The position numbers and the translations under genes were made by a program. Of a stretch of 64,000 bases of DNA, positions 11,875 through 24,387 are shown one piece after another; the first letter of the stretch is position 1, and each line of letters begins with the position of its first letter. This DNA comes from Xylographa opegraphella (taxonomy: Eukaryota): the NCBI GenBank assembly GCA_022813865.1, contig JALDZX010000008.1, positions 186,001-250,000 on the forward strand, given 5' to 3'. The notes under the pieces are model-generated. The model was given only the letters and a program-made list of their open reading frames with translations. It ran no database searches and was not told the origin of the DNA.

Positions 11875-14392
11875 TCACCATGTAGGTCCGTCCTTCTCGG
11901 CGGCAGGTGCTGCTGTTGTTGCAGCTGGACCAGAAGAAGGTGCTGACGATCCTTCTTCACCACCAGAAGCGGTCTTGTTGTTGTAACTCCCTCGAGCGCC
12001 GCCGCGGCCGCCTCGAGATCCACGCTCATTGCCCCGTCCCCGACCACGCCCAGCAAATCCTCCACGTCCCCGACCACCCTCACTGTCACTTGCTCCACTC
12101 TGGTACCCCCCTCTCTGACCGGGCCCAGCACCTCCACGATTGCTGGCTTGCCAAGCGCCAGCGCCTTGTCCTCCTTGGTTTTCACGTGGTTGGAAATTTT
12201 GACGAGGTCCGCCACGCTCATCATACCATTTTACGTTTGGCTTCCGTGGCTGACCAGGCGCGGGAGGGCCGGAGCCACGTTTGTGATCCATAGGCTGACG
12301 CTCCAGGGCTGCCTTTGCATTCTCGTGTGTGTCGAAGTGAACTACATGGTTAGTCTTTCCATGCTTTTCTACTCGTTTGATGTTGGCTTTGTCCTCTTCG
12401 GGAAATATGTCACGAACGGCAGATTCGTTCTCAAGGTTGTGGATAAAAAGACCGGTGCTTGGCTTCTTCTCTACAGCGGGGGACGCCGACTTCGCTTCAA
12501 CTGTTGGAGTTGCTTTTTCGGTGTTCGTGGTACCATTCTGCGCCGGCACGGCAGGCTTCTCTGACGAAGCAGGTGGCATGTTGACAGTAGTGCCACTTGG
12601 CTGGGGCGTTGCAGGTTTCACTTGGCTGGGGGTTGGTGCAGGTGAAGGTGCTGCCCGTGAAGGTGCCGAAGTGCCTTTGCTTTGTTGCGCTTGTGACTGT
12701 GATGGCTGTGCAGCAGCAGGGGCTGGAGGCTGCTGAGTTCTTGGTGGCTGGTTCGGCTGTGGTGCCTGGCTGATTTGCTGGCTCGACTGGGTGGAAGGTG
12801 CCACTGGTGGACGATTTTGCATCGGCGCGCTTGGTGCGGCATTATTTGAAATATTCGGCCCTGCTTGTACATTGTTCACAACACCTTGACCGCTTGGTAT
12901 TGGCTGAGGGATCTGTTTCCCGCCAGTGCTGCGGTGAGCAAAGTTGAAGCCTTGGGCTCTCATTTCAGTCCCGATTCGCCCGGACTCAACTTCTAATACA
13001 AGGTAGCCGAACGCAGCATCTGCAAGATTAAAATTCCACATGTTCTTGAATGCGCTTTCGTCAACTTGACCGGCTGCAGCTTGGCCAGTTACATTTCCTC
13101 CAAAAGGGTTGCCTCCATTGGCTACGGTTGGCATCTTTTCAACAATCTCAAGCGCATTTCTCAGTAAGGTCTTCTGCGCTTCGTTTTGGGAAACTGCTGG
13201 CTCGACCTCGCTCTTGACTGTCTCCCAGACATCATTAAATGATGCTTTCGAAGCTGCAAGCTTCCCACGATAATGATCTAGTGTCGGATTCACACTAAAC
13301 TCGTTGTATGAGCTACCGTAGCGGAAATGAAGACCAGCGGAAATTGAGAAGTCGGCCTTAAGAGTGACTGAAAGCTGATTGAGAAGCCCTTCTCTGGCAG
13401 GGGATGCATGGGTAACAAACACTCGCGTTTCTGTGGGATCGTAGACTCGATTTGCTGTATCGACAAGTTCACCCATTTGTAGAAGAGTGGTCCACATTGT
13501 GCCTTGACCACCAGCAATCGTTGTCCTTCCTTCTCCATTATCGAAAAGCTTATGCATAACAACAGCACCGCCTAGTCCAAGTAGACGTAACTTAATTCCC
13601 CCTACGTCAAGTAGTCTCGAACTAGCTTCGTCAATGATGTGAAGATTATGGACTTTGTACTCTGCGGATCGAAACTTCTCCAGTACCCGAACATCTTCAC
13701 ATGCACCCCAAACCGTATAGACAGGCACATCAAGGGTAAATTTGCCATTGATGAACGAGGATAATTCGGATAGCGGTAACTGGTCAGGCGGGAATCGCTG
13801 TTTCAGATTGGCCTGCTGCGGCGGCATGCTTTGAATCTGCCGTTTAACATTTTCTGAAAGTAGCGGAGAGTATTGAGCAACATGTTTCAGAGTTCTAACG
13901 CAATTGACGTCAATGTCACTTCTTGCGAAAGTGGTTTTGGTGATGGTGAGCTTACTTCTCGGCAATCCTCTCCAAAGAGCTATCATCGTAAAAACCAAAG
14001 TCGCCAGTGTGAATGATGTGTTGGGCATTTGCTTGTTTGGCGAGGTCGTTCAAGGATCGTAAGTTCCCTACGTTTGACTCTGTCAGTTAAGGTCTTCAAC
14101 ACACTTGATCGAACCTGTGGAGAACAGACCTCTCACATCCGCAACGCACAAGATACGCGCACCTCCACTCTGAATTACGCGACCATTACTTTGGAGAGAG
14201 CTTGGAGCCATTGGTGGTGCTACTGTGCCACCTTGCACACCAGTGGCACCGTTAGGGAGGTATCCTTGGTTGTTGAATGTGTGAGGACGCGGCTAGAATA
14301 ATGAACAGATTAGTTGAGGCGGGTGAATTATGAGATAGACATATAGTTCAGAAGTTTTGGAAATCCGCGATTTCAGCACTTACAGAAGCCAT
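11875..14392 (-). CDS. Calcineurin-like metallophosphoesterase with Q/P-rich linker, RRM-like segment and RGG tail
   Basis: Micro-exon ATGGCTTCT (14392) spliced to PRPHTFNNQGYLPNG. Motifs ILCVADVRG, IIHTGDFGFYD, VWGACED, VTHASP and SAGLH. Introns near 14383-14293, 14128-14067 and 13953-13893. C-terminal GRGRGG repeats. Confidence 0.8.
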
Positions 14393-16632
14393 GAGTTCAA
14401 GTCAAAAATGTTGATAGTAGTTGATAGTTGAGCGACGATCACTGAAGTGCAGCTGCTTAAGGCTGTACTGGTCAAAAAGAAAACCAGTGAGGATGGATTA
14501 AGTGAAAATGAGGGAGAAGAGAGGGGCGGAGGACAGCTTAGCGTGCCGTGGGAGTGATATGAAGCCGGAATGGTGTTGATGGTCCAAAGAGCATTTGTCT
14601 GTACTTCTGTAAGATCTTTTAGTGACCCCTGCTAGCGTGTTTGCGCCAAAAGTGGCTCAGTTCTTATACGAAGTACCTAGAACTCACATCTACATTTTAG
14701 GTATACTACAGCGCACTGTGCCTTCGAGTGAATTACAGATGAATAACTATTATATACATGTCTGCAAATTGTATGCTGTTCCGTGTTTGATGTTCTGTCC
14801 ACACTAAGATCGCCTTTGTTTGGTTGCGTGGTGTGCTTCTACTATCTACCGAAAACGATACGCAATCTCAATGTCCATGCGGCGTCACTGACTAAGTTTG
14901 CTGTTGCTATTCCATAATGTCTACGTACCAGTGTTGTATCTGTATTCATGGTTGGTGACTTCATATGAGATCATTTGATCAGTGGCGGAAGGCTAGGCGT
15001 CCAATATTGGTACGAACGATTCTACATAGGATCCACAAATCACGTGCCAAAGCTGATCCGAGAGCTTTTACTATGGACTGATCCTTAATATGCTCGCATT
15101 CTCTACTGGGCCGTAGCTTACCCTGAATGCTATAAGCAGTCAAAGCTGCGAATGGTATCACTATATCATCGTCCGCTATCTAATTGATCTTGATCCTGTT
15201 CAATAGAGTTGTTTTGAGCATGGTTAACATTTGATTTGTTGTCTATAGCAGAGCTAGGCCTGTATAAGCCGATGTTGGCCAATTCAATATACAATTGATT
15301 AACAACCTCATAACGTTAGCTCGTTTGACCAAGATTGCAAGCATTGTTATCCAGATGTGTGCTCACTCGAAACTGCAGAGAACTGTATTCGAAAGAGGCT
15401 GGGCAGAGCTGTCTGAAAGATTCTGGCATACGACTTGCGATATGGCGGACCACTTGTGATATGGCGCAACTACAGTTCATTTATGTATCTCAGTCTATCT
15501 GATGTGATCAAAGCCAAGCTCCGAAATCCATCAGTCACACTACAGTCCTGGCAGTAAGACCGCTCTGTCAAGCTGTAAGAACATATAGTCATACCAACAG
15601 CATTTACGCAGACTACCAGCAAGCGAGTACGAAAAAGTCAAGCCCATCGGAGGCACCAAGTTTCTGCAAAAGTAGCCATTGTGGATATTGCCGCAAACGT
15701 TCGTCAAAGTGAACCTCGACAATCATCCACTGACAACGAAATATATGGGATCAGTTTCAAAGTCACTAGCCGCAGTTATAAGCGCAGTTGTATCTCCTCG
15801 GTCTGATGTGATGGTAGGTTTATGGTGATAATTTTTCCGAGCTTCATCTATTTCGGTGTTCGTGGAACTACTTACATGGATCCCTGCTCATTGCGTGCGG
15901 GTTGTATCACCGGACGGACAGTCGAGCTGGAGCACTGTCATGCAAGGGACCAGAGATTATGAAAGTCATCTACCTAAACCATCGAGGTAGAAGGCGTAAG
16001 CCATGCATTGACCGTTCGAAACAAATCACTTCATTGAGAGAGCCCAAGCTCAATGCATTCGGTAACGTGATGTAAAAGAAAGCAATACTTCTCCCACCAC
16101 CGTTCCGCTCGATATGGCGACGCTGAGCAAGGTACAGGCTGATTGTGCAGAAAGTCCATACCCTACTGCCCTAAGGTGCCGCATATAGTGGCAGAAGGGA
16201 ATTCCCAGCTTGCCATCAGCCTGGTCATGACACAGATGTCCGGAGAGCTGAAAGATGCCCATTTATACCTCATAATTAGGGTCTGAAATTAGCCAACTGA
16301 CACTACTTTATCGCTGTGCAGGCCAAAGCTTGTGACTTTATAGGCCATTGTGGGTCTATAGCTTGGTGTCAAAGTCATGTTTATACCCCCACTGATTCAT
16401 AAAGATTTACTCATGTCTTAGACTCAGTGATTTCTCCTCCAAGTGTTCCTCGCGTGTCTTCGCGAATTGTCCTTTATGTCTTTCTTCATCATCGCCCTTC
16501 TACTTTGTGACCTCCTAACCCATCAGGAAGCGCATTTGAATGTGATTACTCCAAACTATCCAAGTTCGATATCACACAGGACAGCACGGCCTTTTCCTTA
16601 TCCTGCCTCCGCATTCCAGTGTCGAAATAACG

Positions 16633-17589
16633 ATGCCTCCTGATGGATATGCATTACGCCCAAGAGTAGCCAGACAGCCTCTCAGGCAACGCTTCATTCC
16701 TATTAAAAAACTCAGCGTTACCAACGGCGTCTTTAATGCTGGTATCCTTAAGGTTCAAGACCTAGAGCGTAACAAGGTGTGCATCGAAAAGCGGTTCAAA
16801 CCGCAGGATGTCCTCCGAGGCATATTTGATAACGAGACCCACATCCTGGGTCGTCTCTACCACCGTCACGTTGTCGAATATATCCATGCCTTCGTCGTGC
16901 ATACTGGCCCCCGACCTAGTGCCAGCATCTACATGGAATTATGCGACCTGGGCTCTTTGAATGACATGATGGAAAAATATGCCCGTGAAGGACGTGGCTT
17001 CTGTGAAGACTTTGTGTGGAGCGTGTTCCACCAGATGGCTTGTGCGCTGGGCTACATCCAGTACGGCATCAACGACGTGACAAAGGGGACTGAATATAGG
17101 AATCCCGACTGGGCCATGATCATCCACAACGATATCTATCCAAAGAACGTATGCCTCATAAACCGCGGCGACCAATGGCCCCGCCTCGTGCTCGCCGACT
17201 TTGGTGTTGCTAGAGAAATCCCAGTGGGACACGCAGGCTGGCAATCAGGCATAGGCCATGGTCGCCATAGATTCGGGCCCCACCTTTGCATGCCTCCTGA
17301 GGCGACTAAAAACGCTGGACCAGATTGGGGCGCACAAAGTGACATCTTCCTGCTGGGCGCCATGATATCTACGACATGCAGCCTAAGGGGCCCAGCAGAG
17401 CGCTGGGGAGTCGGCGACAGGAGACGTGGGTGGCAAGTGGGAGCAGCGTACTCGATGCAGCTGAAGGAAGCCAGAGACTCGTTCCTGCGACGTGAGTGGC
17501 GAGCGCGGCCGAGGATCTTGACAATCGCGCCGCGGTTGACGCGTCTAGGACTGGAGGCGAAAGCTGCCTTCGATCGATGCTCCCGGTAA
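16633..17589 (+). CDS. Atypical protein-kinase-fold protein (NEK-like N-lobe)
   Basis: CIEK (subdomain II), IYMELCDLGSL hinge, IIHNDIYPKN catalytic loop, LADFG, MPPE, SDIFLLG. Single exon, 318 aa. Confidence 0.8.
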   Translation: MPPDGYALRPRVARQPLRQRFIPIKKLSVTNGVFNAGILKVQDLERNKVCIEKRFKPQDVLRGIFDNETHILGRLYHRHVVEYIHAFVVHTGPRPSASIYMELCDLGSLNDMMEKYAREGRGFCEDFVWSVFHQMACALGYIQYGINDVTKGTEYRNPDWAMIIHNDIYPKNVCLINRGDQWPRLVLADFGVAREIPVGHAGWQSGIGHGRHRFGPHLCMPPEATKNAGPDWGAQSDIFLLGAMISTTCSLRGPAERWGVGDRRRGWQVGAAYSMQLKEARDSFLRREWRARPRILTIAPRLTRLGLEAKAAFDRCSR

Positions 17590-18027
17590 GGAAATTATTG
17601 TTTGAACGGGACAGGATGGCTGTAGGTGTTCTCCGGACCTTCAGTGGAAGGCCTCTGCATGCGGGATATACACGTAGCTTGTGGCTTAGCGCTACTGGAG
17701 TTGTATGCATGTATTCTGCATGTGTATGCTGTGTGTATGTAGAACAGATGTTGAGTATGGAAGGAATGAGGTGTTCGAATGAATGTATAAATAGTGGATA
17801 ACGATATAGTTGTCGATAGTTGTTGAGAATACATTTCGTAAAAGTGCATAGTGATTCTGTATCCTGGTTTCATTCTTCCGTACAGACCTGCGACCGGCCA
17901 GACTTAGAGCGAAGATCGTTATTCAGAGCTCGTACCGAATGGCCTATCAAGATTAGAGATAGTATCGCTGACATCGTTGGCAAGTAAGTGTTCTCCCAGC
18001 TCTACGAGGCATCCGAACCTCTAAGCA

Positions 18028-19083
18028 TCAACGCCTAAGCCGCCTCAACGTCCTCTCCTGCCAGTCCAGAAAACCGCCCTCCCTATCCTCTATCCTCCGC
18101 TCCACCACCGGCGGCTGATTCTCCTTCCCCTCGCCCCGGGGCACGCGCCTGGGATCAGGATTCGCGTTCCCGGACGCCTCCTGCAGGACGCGCGCCTCCC
18201 TCTTCTCCAGCTTCTGCAACAGCCTCTCGCAATGCCTGCTCGCGTCCTTCAACCGTTGTTTCTGCGCCTCCCACGCCATGATCAGGGGATAGGGTACCGT
18301 CAACGGCTCGTCATCGCAGAGAAACTCCAGACTGATCCACGCCCTCTGGAGCCTGTACTCCATGGTGGCGATCCACATCTCGATGTATCCACCATATAGG
18401 TAGTCGCTCTCCATGATCACGATGGGCGGCTCGTCCGTGCGAGGGTCGACGAGCATGTCGAGGGTGACCCAGTTCTTCTCCAAGACCAAGTCACAGAGCT
18501 CGGGGAAGTGCCTGAAGACCTGCTTGGTCATGAAAGCCTCGACGCGGACGCAATTGCTTTTCTCGAACGCGGTGAGCCCCGAAGGACGTATGGATTTCAG
18601 GAGATACCATTTTAGGACGAGGCTGATCCACTGGATGGTGTATGATTCGTACGGATGGGTTTTGTCCTTCATAAGCCAAAGCCAGTAGCCGAAGTGCTTC
18701 ACGATTGCGCAGGCCAAGAAGCGGGCGCGGGATGGTTGTCGCTCCGGGCTGAGAAGGATGTAGCTTATCGTGGCGCGGAGATCATGGTCGACTATGCGGA
18801 GGGATGCTTCGTCGTCTGCAAACCACTGTGTTGCCTCCTCCGGTGACGGACAGGCTTCGATGGTTCCGTCTGAAGCGATATAGGGGCCTGCAGGATCGTG
18901 CATCCTCAGAAGAATGACCCGATTGTCATGTCCCGCGGCGTTCTGTTCAAGCAGTGCCGTGGAGTCATCATATATAACGAATGGGGGTGATGGTGTCGGA
19001 CTTTCTTCCTGGGGAACTGGAATGGGAAATGGCTGCCCTATGATCTGTTCGACATTCATAGTGGCCATTTCTGCACGACACAA
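18028..19083 (-). CDS. Hypothetical protein
   Basis: 351-aa uninterrupted ORF with coding-like composition and a short C-terminal coiled coil. No recognised family. Confidence 0.55.
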   Translation of the reverse strand: MCRAEMATMNVEQIIGQPFPIPVPQEESPTPSPPFVIYDDSTALLEQNAAGHDNRVILLRMHDPAGPYIASDGTIEACPSPEEATQWFADDEASLRIVDHDLRATISYILLSPERQPSRARFLACAIVKHFGYWLWLMKDKTHPYESYTIQWISLVLKWYLLKSIRPSGLTAFEKSNCVRVEAFMTKQVFRHFPELCDLVLEKNWVTLDMLVDPRTDEPPIVIMESDYLYGGYIEMWIATMEYRLQRAWISLEFLCDDEPLTVPYPLIMAWEAQKQRLKDASRHCERLLQKLEKREARVLQEASGNANPDPRRVPRGEGKENQPPVVERRIEDREGGFLDWQERTLRRLRR

Positions 19084-19558
19084 GAGAATGGCAACTCGGG
19101 TATATAATTGTATGCAGTAAAATCGCCGCTTATTCGCACTTCAGGAGACTGAGACAGTAACAACTCTTTTGTAGTCAAAGGATTTGATGAGACCAGGAGA
19201 ATGGGCATTGCGCGAGGAGAGATACATCTATTTATCTTGGCAATGTTAAGAATCGGACTGGATGCTAGAGTAGTAACTTACGTCGATTTTGAAAACATGC
19301 TCGTGCAGTTGGAATTCAAAAGTCGCAAAACGTGAAATAGCAGAAACACAATTTGCCATAATAGTGCTACATTTTTCAAGAACACTTCCCTTCATTGAGC
19401 TCAATGTGATGTCCTTGCAGGCTGAATAGTAATGCTATGATTTCTCAGTTGATAGAAGATTGCACACATACAAGTCCCTTGAAAACATGTTCATAGAATG
19501 ATAAATATAACCAAGGCATGCAAAGGCTACCGTGCGATCGATTGGCTAATGCCAGATC

Positions 19559-20101
19559 CTAATGGGATGGAGCATCATCCTCGTTGTAGCCAAACCCTGT
19601 TGGTCCCAGACGACGCATCATACAGATTCCGTTCTTCCCCTGCTCCAACGGCGTCATCCCCAGCTTTTTACGATAATACACGTCGCCCTTACCCTCGGAC
19701 GCAATCAGCCACGCTCCACGCAGATCACCCATTCCATCCAGCACCTCACCAATGCACTCTATCAGCCAATTGCCAAGTCCCTTCCCTTGCTCCTGAGGCG
19801 CAACGTAAACATCCGTCAGATATGCAAATGTAACAAAGTCAGTGATTATGCGGGCCAGGCCGATCTGCTCGGGTTTGGGCGGTGTGGCAAGCCCTACTGG
19901 ATGGAGTTTGGTAACGTCTAGGTAGAGGCCGAGGCAGTAGGAGTTTTTGAGCATCGTCTCAAGTGCGGCGGGTCGTAATGGAGTACACCAGTACATGGCT
20001 TTGCTTCCAAAGGCGGCATTGATAGCACTGGGATCAAGGAGTGATGGATCGGACGAGACAATGTAGTGGTCTCGTCGTCGTTCGAATACTGTGGTAGTCA
20101 T
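19559..20101 (-). CDS. GNAT family N-acetyltransferase
   Basis: QIGLARIITDFVTFAYLTDVYVAPQEQGKGLGNWL acetyl-CoA motif A, and YYRKKLGM motif B. Confidence 0.92.
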   Translation of the reverse strand: MTTTVFERRRDHYIVSSDPSLLDPSAINAAFGSKAMYWCTPLRPAALETMLKNSYCLGLYLDVTKLHPVGLATPPKPEQIGLARIITDFVTFAYLTDVYVAPQEQGKGLGNWLIECIGEVLDGMGDLRGAWLIASEGKGDVYYRKKLGMTPLEQGKNGICMMRRLGPTGFGYNEDDAPSH

Positions 20102-22477
20102 TTTGACTGATGGGCAAGTGTTTGGGAAACGCGTAAAAGCAGAATATTATGGACGATCTGCGGAGGTGTGTTTGTGCGATAGTTAGCATGTTGCGTATCA
20201 GAGCATTTATATACCTGAGAGAAGGTATGACTCCGATGTGTAAGTTAGTCACTCGATTGCTAGATACGTCATGTTTGTATGGAGGAGAGACGTTGTGGAA
20301 GACATTGGGAGAAGACCGGAGGTGGGACACACTAACTTAGGCCCTGTCTCTATTCCTATCTGAGTCTAGCGACAGAGCTTGAGCTGTAGAATTCCCTAGC
20401 GCGGGGCCAAAATACTTGCCTTACTTAATGCTTCGAAGTAAAAACTCATATTCGGAAGTAATCTAACTTATTGTTTCATTGTTTGCTATCCTGACGCAGG
20501 TGGAAGCTGGAACATCACTGCTTGGTAATAAAAACAGTTTGTTGACCGCATTCGCCTTGTCTCTGACCAGAATCCTGCACCACCCGCGACGTTGTGGAGG
20601 GTCCACTTGCTATGAACGGCATGGGACAGGCTGTTTATCGACGGTCTCCTAAACAGCATGAAGAAGGTGTGATTACAGACCACTTGACAGGAGCCAAACG
20701 CTGTTTCTCTCCAAATTTCTACGGAACACAGAGGACGAGAAATTTGTATACTTTGAACAACTTCAGATCAACTATTTGACGACGTCGAACTCCGCTTATT
20801 CGGCTTCGGCATGCTCAACAATGATTTGACGTCCGGTTTGATGAATCTCGTTCCGTAACAAGTATATCAACCTATCATCCTATGAATCTATTTCAATACA
20901 TGATTCACTGAGCTCTTGCCAGAGATAGTGCACTGACGAAAGCTAAGAACTCGATGGCTGGCTGCAGTGGTCAGAACCAGTTTGGATACCTACAATAGGC
21001 TGGTCTCGCCAGCACTTATGACCGATAATTGCCTCCGAAAAGTCTCGCACAGAACTCCAGCGACGGGAGCCTGGAGCCGTTCTGTCTATACTGACATCCA
21101 GGGACTGATGTAACCTACCTAAAATCTGACCGAATCTCACACTGGTTGCCTGTCCAGAGATGAGCAATAAAGATGAGACATTTGGCAATCCTGATCTTAA
21201 GAATTGGAGATGACTCTCGACTGTTTGTTAGGAAAGCCCCGAGGGAGTCATCTGTGGTCGGTATTATGTATGACCCTGTAGTGTGTATTGGGGAAAAGAC
21301 AATCTGATGAAAGGTATTCCGTATCTTGTTGAGAATAGTGTAGCTTGAGAGTATTGTTTGGAGGTCCTGATCCTAGATCCAGATCAATAGCTTCCCCTCG
21401 TACTCCATATTATTGCTATACGTAGAGTGTAAAATACTCTCGACAGCATACTTGAACCAAGTTGCACTCCTTGCCACGGCTCAAGCACTGTCTTCATGAT
21501 CATTACGAGAATATTAATTGACCATCTTGGATAATGATTTCTTAATGTAGAGGTATCGTTCTTTCCCACCACTGTTTCATCAGCTAAATATACGACGACT
21601 CATATCATTAATTCAATATCTTAACTTTGGAACCGGGTCACGAAACATGAAAAGGACACTTTAATTTGCCATGGGCTCCCATCTCGGAGATCCTGTGTCA
21701 TCGCAGAGGACCAATCATCATTTGAGGAGTTCGGAGGAATGTCAAGAATAAGTAGAATGTGCCGAACGGCGTTCACGACGCTGTTCAGGATATTCTTCAT
21801 GGACGTTCTCATCGGGACTATGCTAGCGCGAGCCCAAGCCGGAGAAGCTTTCAGCTTATCCTTGACCCGTCGCAGTTGTGTAAACAATATCCAGTGACGT
21901 TTGAATGGGAGATAAGTCGTGTCAGAGCAAAGTTTCGAGGCTTTGCGGTAGCAACACGTCTCTCCTCCGCGCAACCATTTTGACGAGTAGGCGTACAACG
22001 AAGCTGATACTGTTTCAAGCTCAAACTCTCCATGTGGAGCGTATTTGGACTCACAATAAAATCTGCTGTTATACGGACTGGTCTCAAGCCGATCTATCGA
22101 ACACCGAATGAAGTCTAACTCCAGGGGAGTGTACGAAGGGAGATTCCAACGCTGGCCGCAAGTACTGCCACTTGCTTCACTTCGATCTCATTAACGCCTA
22201 CGGTACTGGTGCGCTTTGAATTCTTCGCAATATGACGATGTACCTTGCAGAGACCACCCCAGATCCTCGAATCTTCCTGTTGCTATGATATCCAGAAATG
22301 TCGCGAGAACCTCGCGGATACATACATGTCATAACAAGCTGAATCACGCTCGCTGATGCGTCTGGGTAGTGTAACATGTCCCGTGTCAGACAAGGCCATA
22401 TTGAATAGGTCGATTTACACAATACATGGCTATATCCAAAAGTTGATGTCACTCATGCCTTCTTATTCATTGTCGTA

Positions 22478-24102
22478 ATGTATACTTCATTTCTATACCA
22501 ATGGAACATTAGCCTTTATTTTCTTATTCATCTCTCTACTCTAGCTGTATTTATCAACTGCCGTGCAGTCCAAAATAATGTTTCATTGGATACATACAAT
22601 GGAGATTACGCTACAAGTCCAACCCTTCGTGCAATCGAACTTGATCTCTCCCGTCGGACTCTATCGCTCAGAACTCATCAACTTGATTTTCCTGGTACCG
22701 GCATTAAAATCACGATGAACATCAAAAATTCGGTCCTGAGCGCTGACAGGAACCCAGCTCAGGTACTTGCACAGAAGATCCTACAAGATGCACGGAGCTT
22801 GACTGCAAATCAAAACATCGGGCACGCGTACGATGTTTGGCCTCAATCGGATAGAGTTGTGAAATTTGAGCTGCGACGCCTTCAACCGCTCGTCAATGTG
22901 CCTATCCTCGGGCGTCAAATCCTTGAGATACTAAGTCAAACGATCAGGAACTCCTTCAATGACGCCGAGTACGGTTTTATTTTCGCCGGCTTTGACGGAA
23001 TAATCAGCTTCTTTGGAGACGAGCGCTTCTCTTTCAGAGCTTTCGCATTGCCCAAGAGCATTGTCTTATCGGAGAAGGTACCAGGAGTTGACTTTGGAGC
23101 GCAAGACCTCGATGCGATTTTCAGCATCAAGCTGGCTTTGTTGTCGCTGACCACTACAGATGACCTGCTCATATTTGTGGGCAATACAGGACGGTAAGAT
23201 TCCTAGCACCCACATCTGTGGATATATCACATTTCCAGAAGCTAATATCTTATTTTTTGTGTGTTTCAAGATATATACTACCTGCTTTCTCCTCTACGGA
23301 TCCCCCAACTTATCGTCGAAAGGTTGCTTTCATACCCGTGAGTGGGCTTGGAGCCAGTTGGATGACTACCTGGACAAGAAGTGGGGTCGCTAAGGAAACT
23401 GATGCCGGTAATGCGAATTTTCTCAATACAGTGTTGCGGCCCATTTTCACCGACAAGAGTCTGATGCCTACTAATGCCGGCCGTATCATTTTTATCGATC
23501 ATGTCCGCACTGGACAGACAATTAACGCATTAAGTGTCGACATCGAAGAACACAACCTTATTCCATTTTCTGATCCTAGACTGAGATACATTAACCTGGT
23601 ATATAAGACGCAACATGAACCCCCTATGAACGTATGGGGCGCGCGATTGTTGGCGAATATCCCTGTGGAGGATGCACAGATGGCACGACTTGACCTTGCC
23701 CAAGTGGGTAGGATCACCCCATACTACTGTAGTCTGTACTGGGAAAACAACTGGGAAGTAATTCCGTATCCAGACAAGCTGGGTGCTCAGAGAATCCTCG
23801 ATCAAGTCAGCGCACGAGCAGTGATCTGGGCGAGAAATCCTCCGTCAATACCACCACCACCGTCTGTGCCTCTGCCCGCACCAAGAGCAGGACCCCCGCC
23901 ACGACCACTGACATCGCCCTTTGAAAGGCCACCGGGTCAGGGTTCAAGTACAACAAGTGCATCAAGGCCGGGATCCCAACAGCCGATATCGCCCTTTGAA
24001 CGGGCCGCAGCAGAAGCGCGCTCACGCGGACAAGTTAATCCTCCGGCACCTACGGTCAACACAGCATCTGGATCGAGACCGCTGAGACTTCTTGGATCAT
24101 AA
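22478..24102 (+). CDS. Putative secreted protein (~515 aa) with PRTase-like motif and Pro-rich tail
   Basis: Two ORFs join in frame via intron 23194-23270 (GTAAGA...GCTAAT...CAAG). Hydrophobic N-terminus, IIFIDHVRTGQT motif, Pro-rich C-terminus. Confidence 0.7.
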
Positions 24103-24387
24103 GATCTCCGCAGAGGATTGGCTATTTACTGTTTGCAAGGCAGCTGTGTGCCACGAGCTCGCAATGTTATAATCGGAAGTACTAGCCGGAGTACGAGAAG
24201 CCAGAAATGGCTCTGTGAAGTAGTTCATTCGTACCCACACCCACGGGACAGTGCCGCATTCATCCATCGAGGCCTTTCGAGTTCAGATTTTCATGTGGCC
24301 TTGTGGTTTCACCAAATCTTTGGAATCCGCCTCGTCCCTCTCACCTCATACCCTTACTGCCACGACCAGGTATCCGTCACCTCCAGC

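Noticed and set aside
20900..22450. Short ORF fragments that may be a decayed gene
   Set aside because: No recognisable motif or consistent exon chain could be built.
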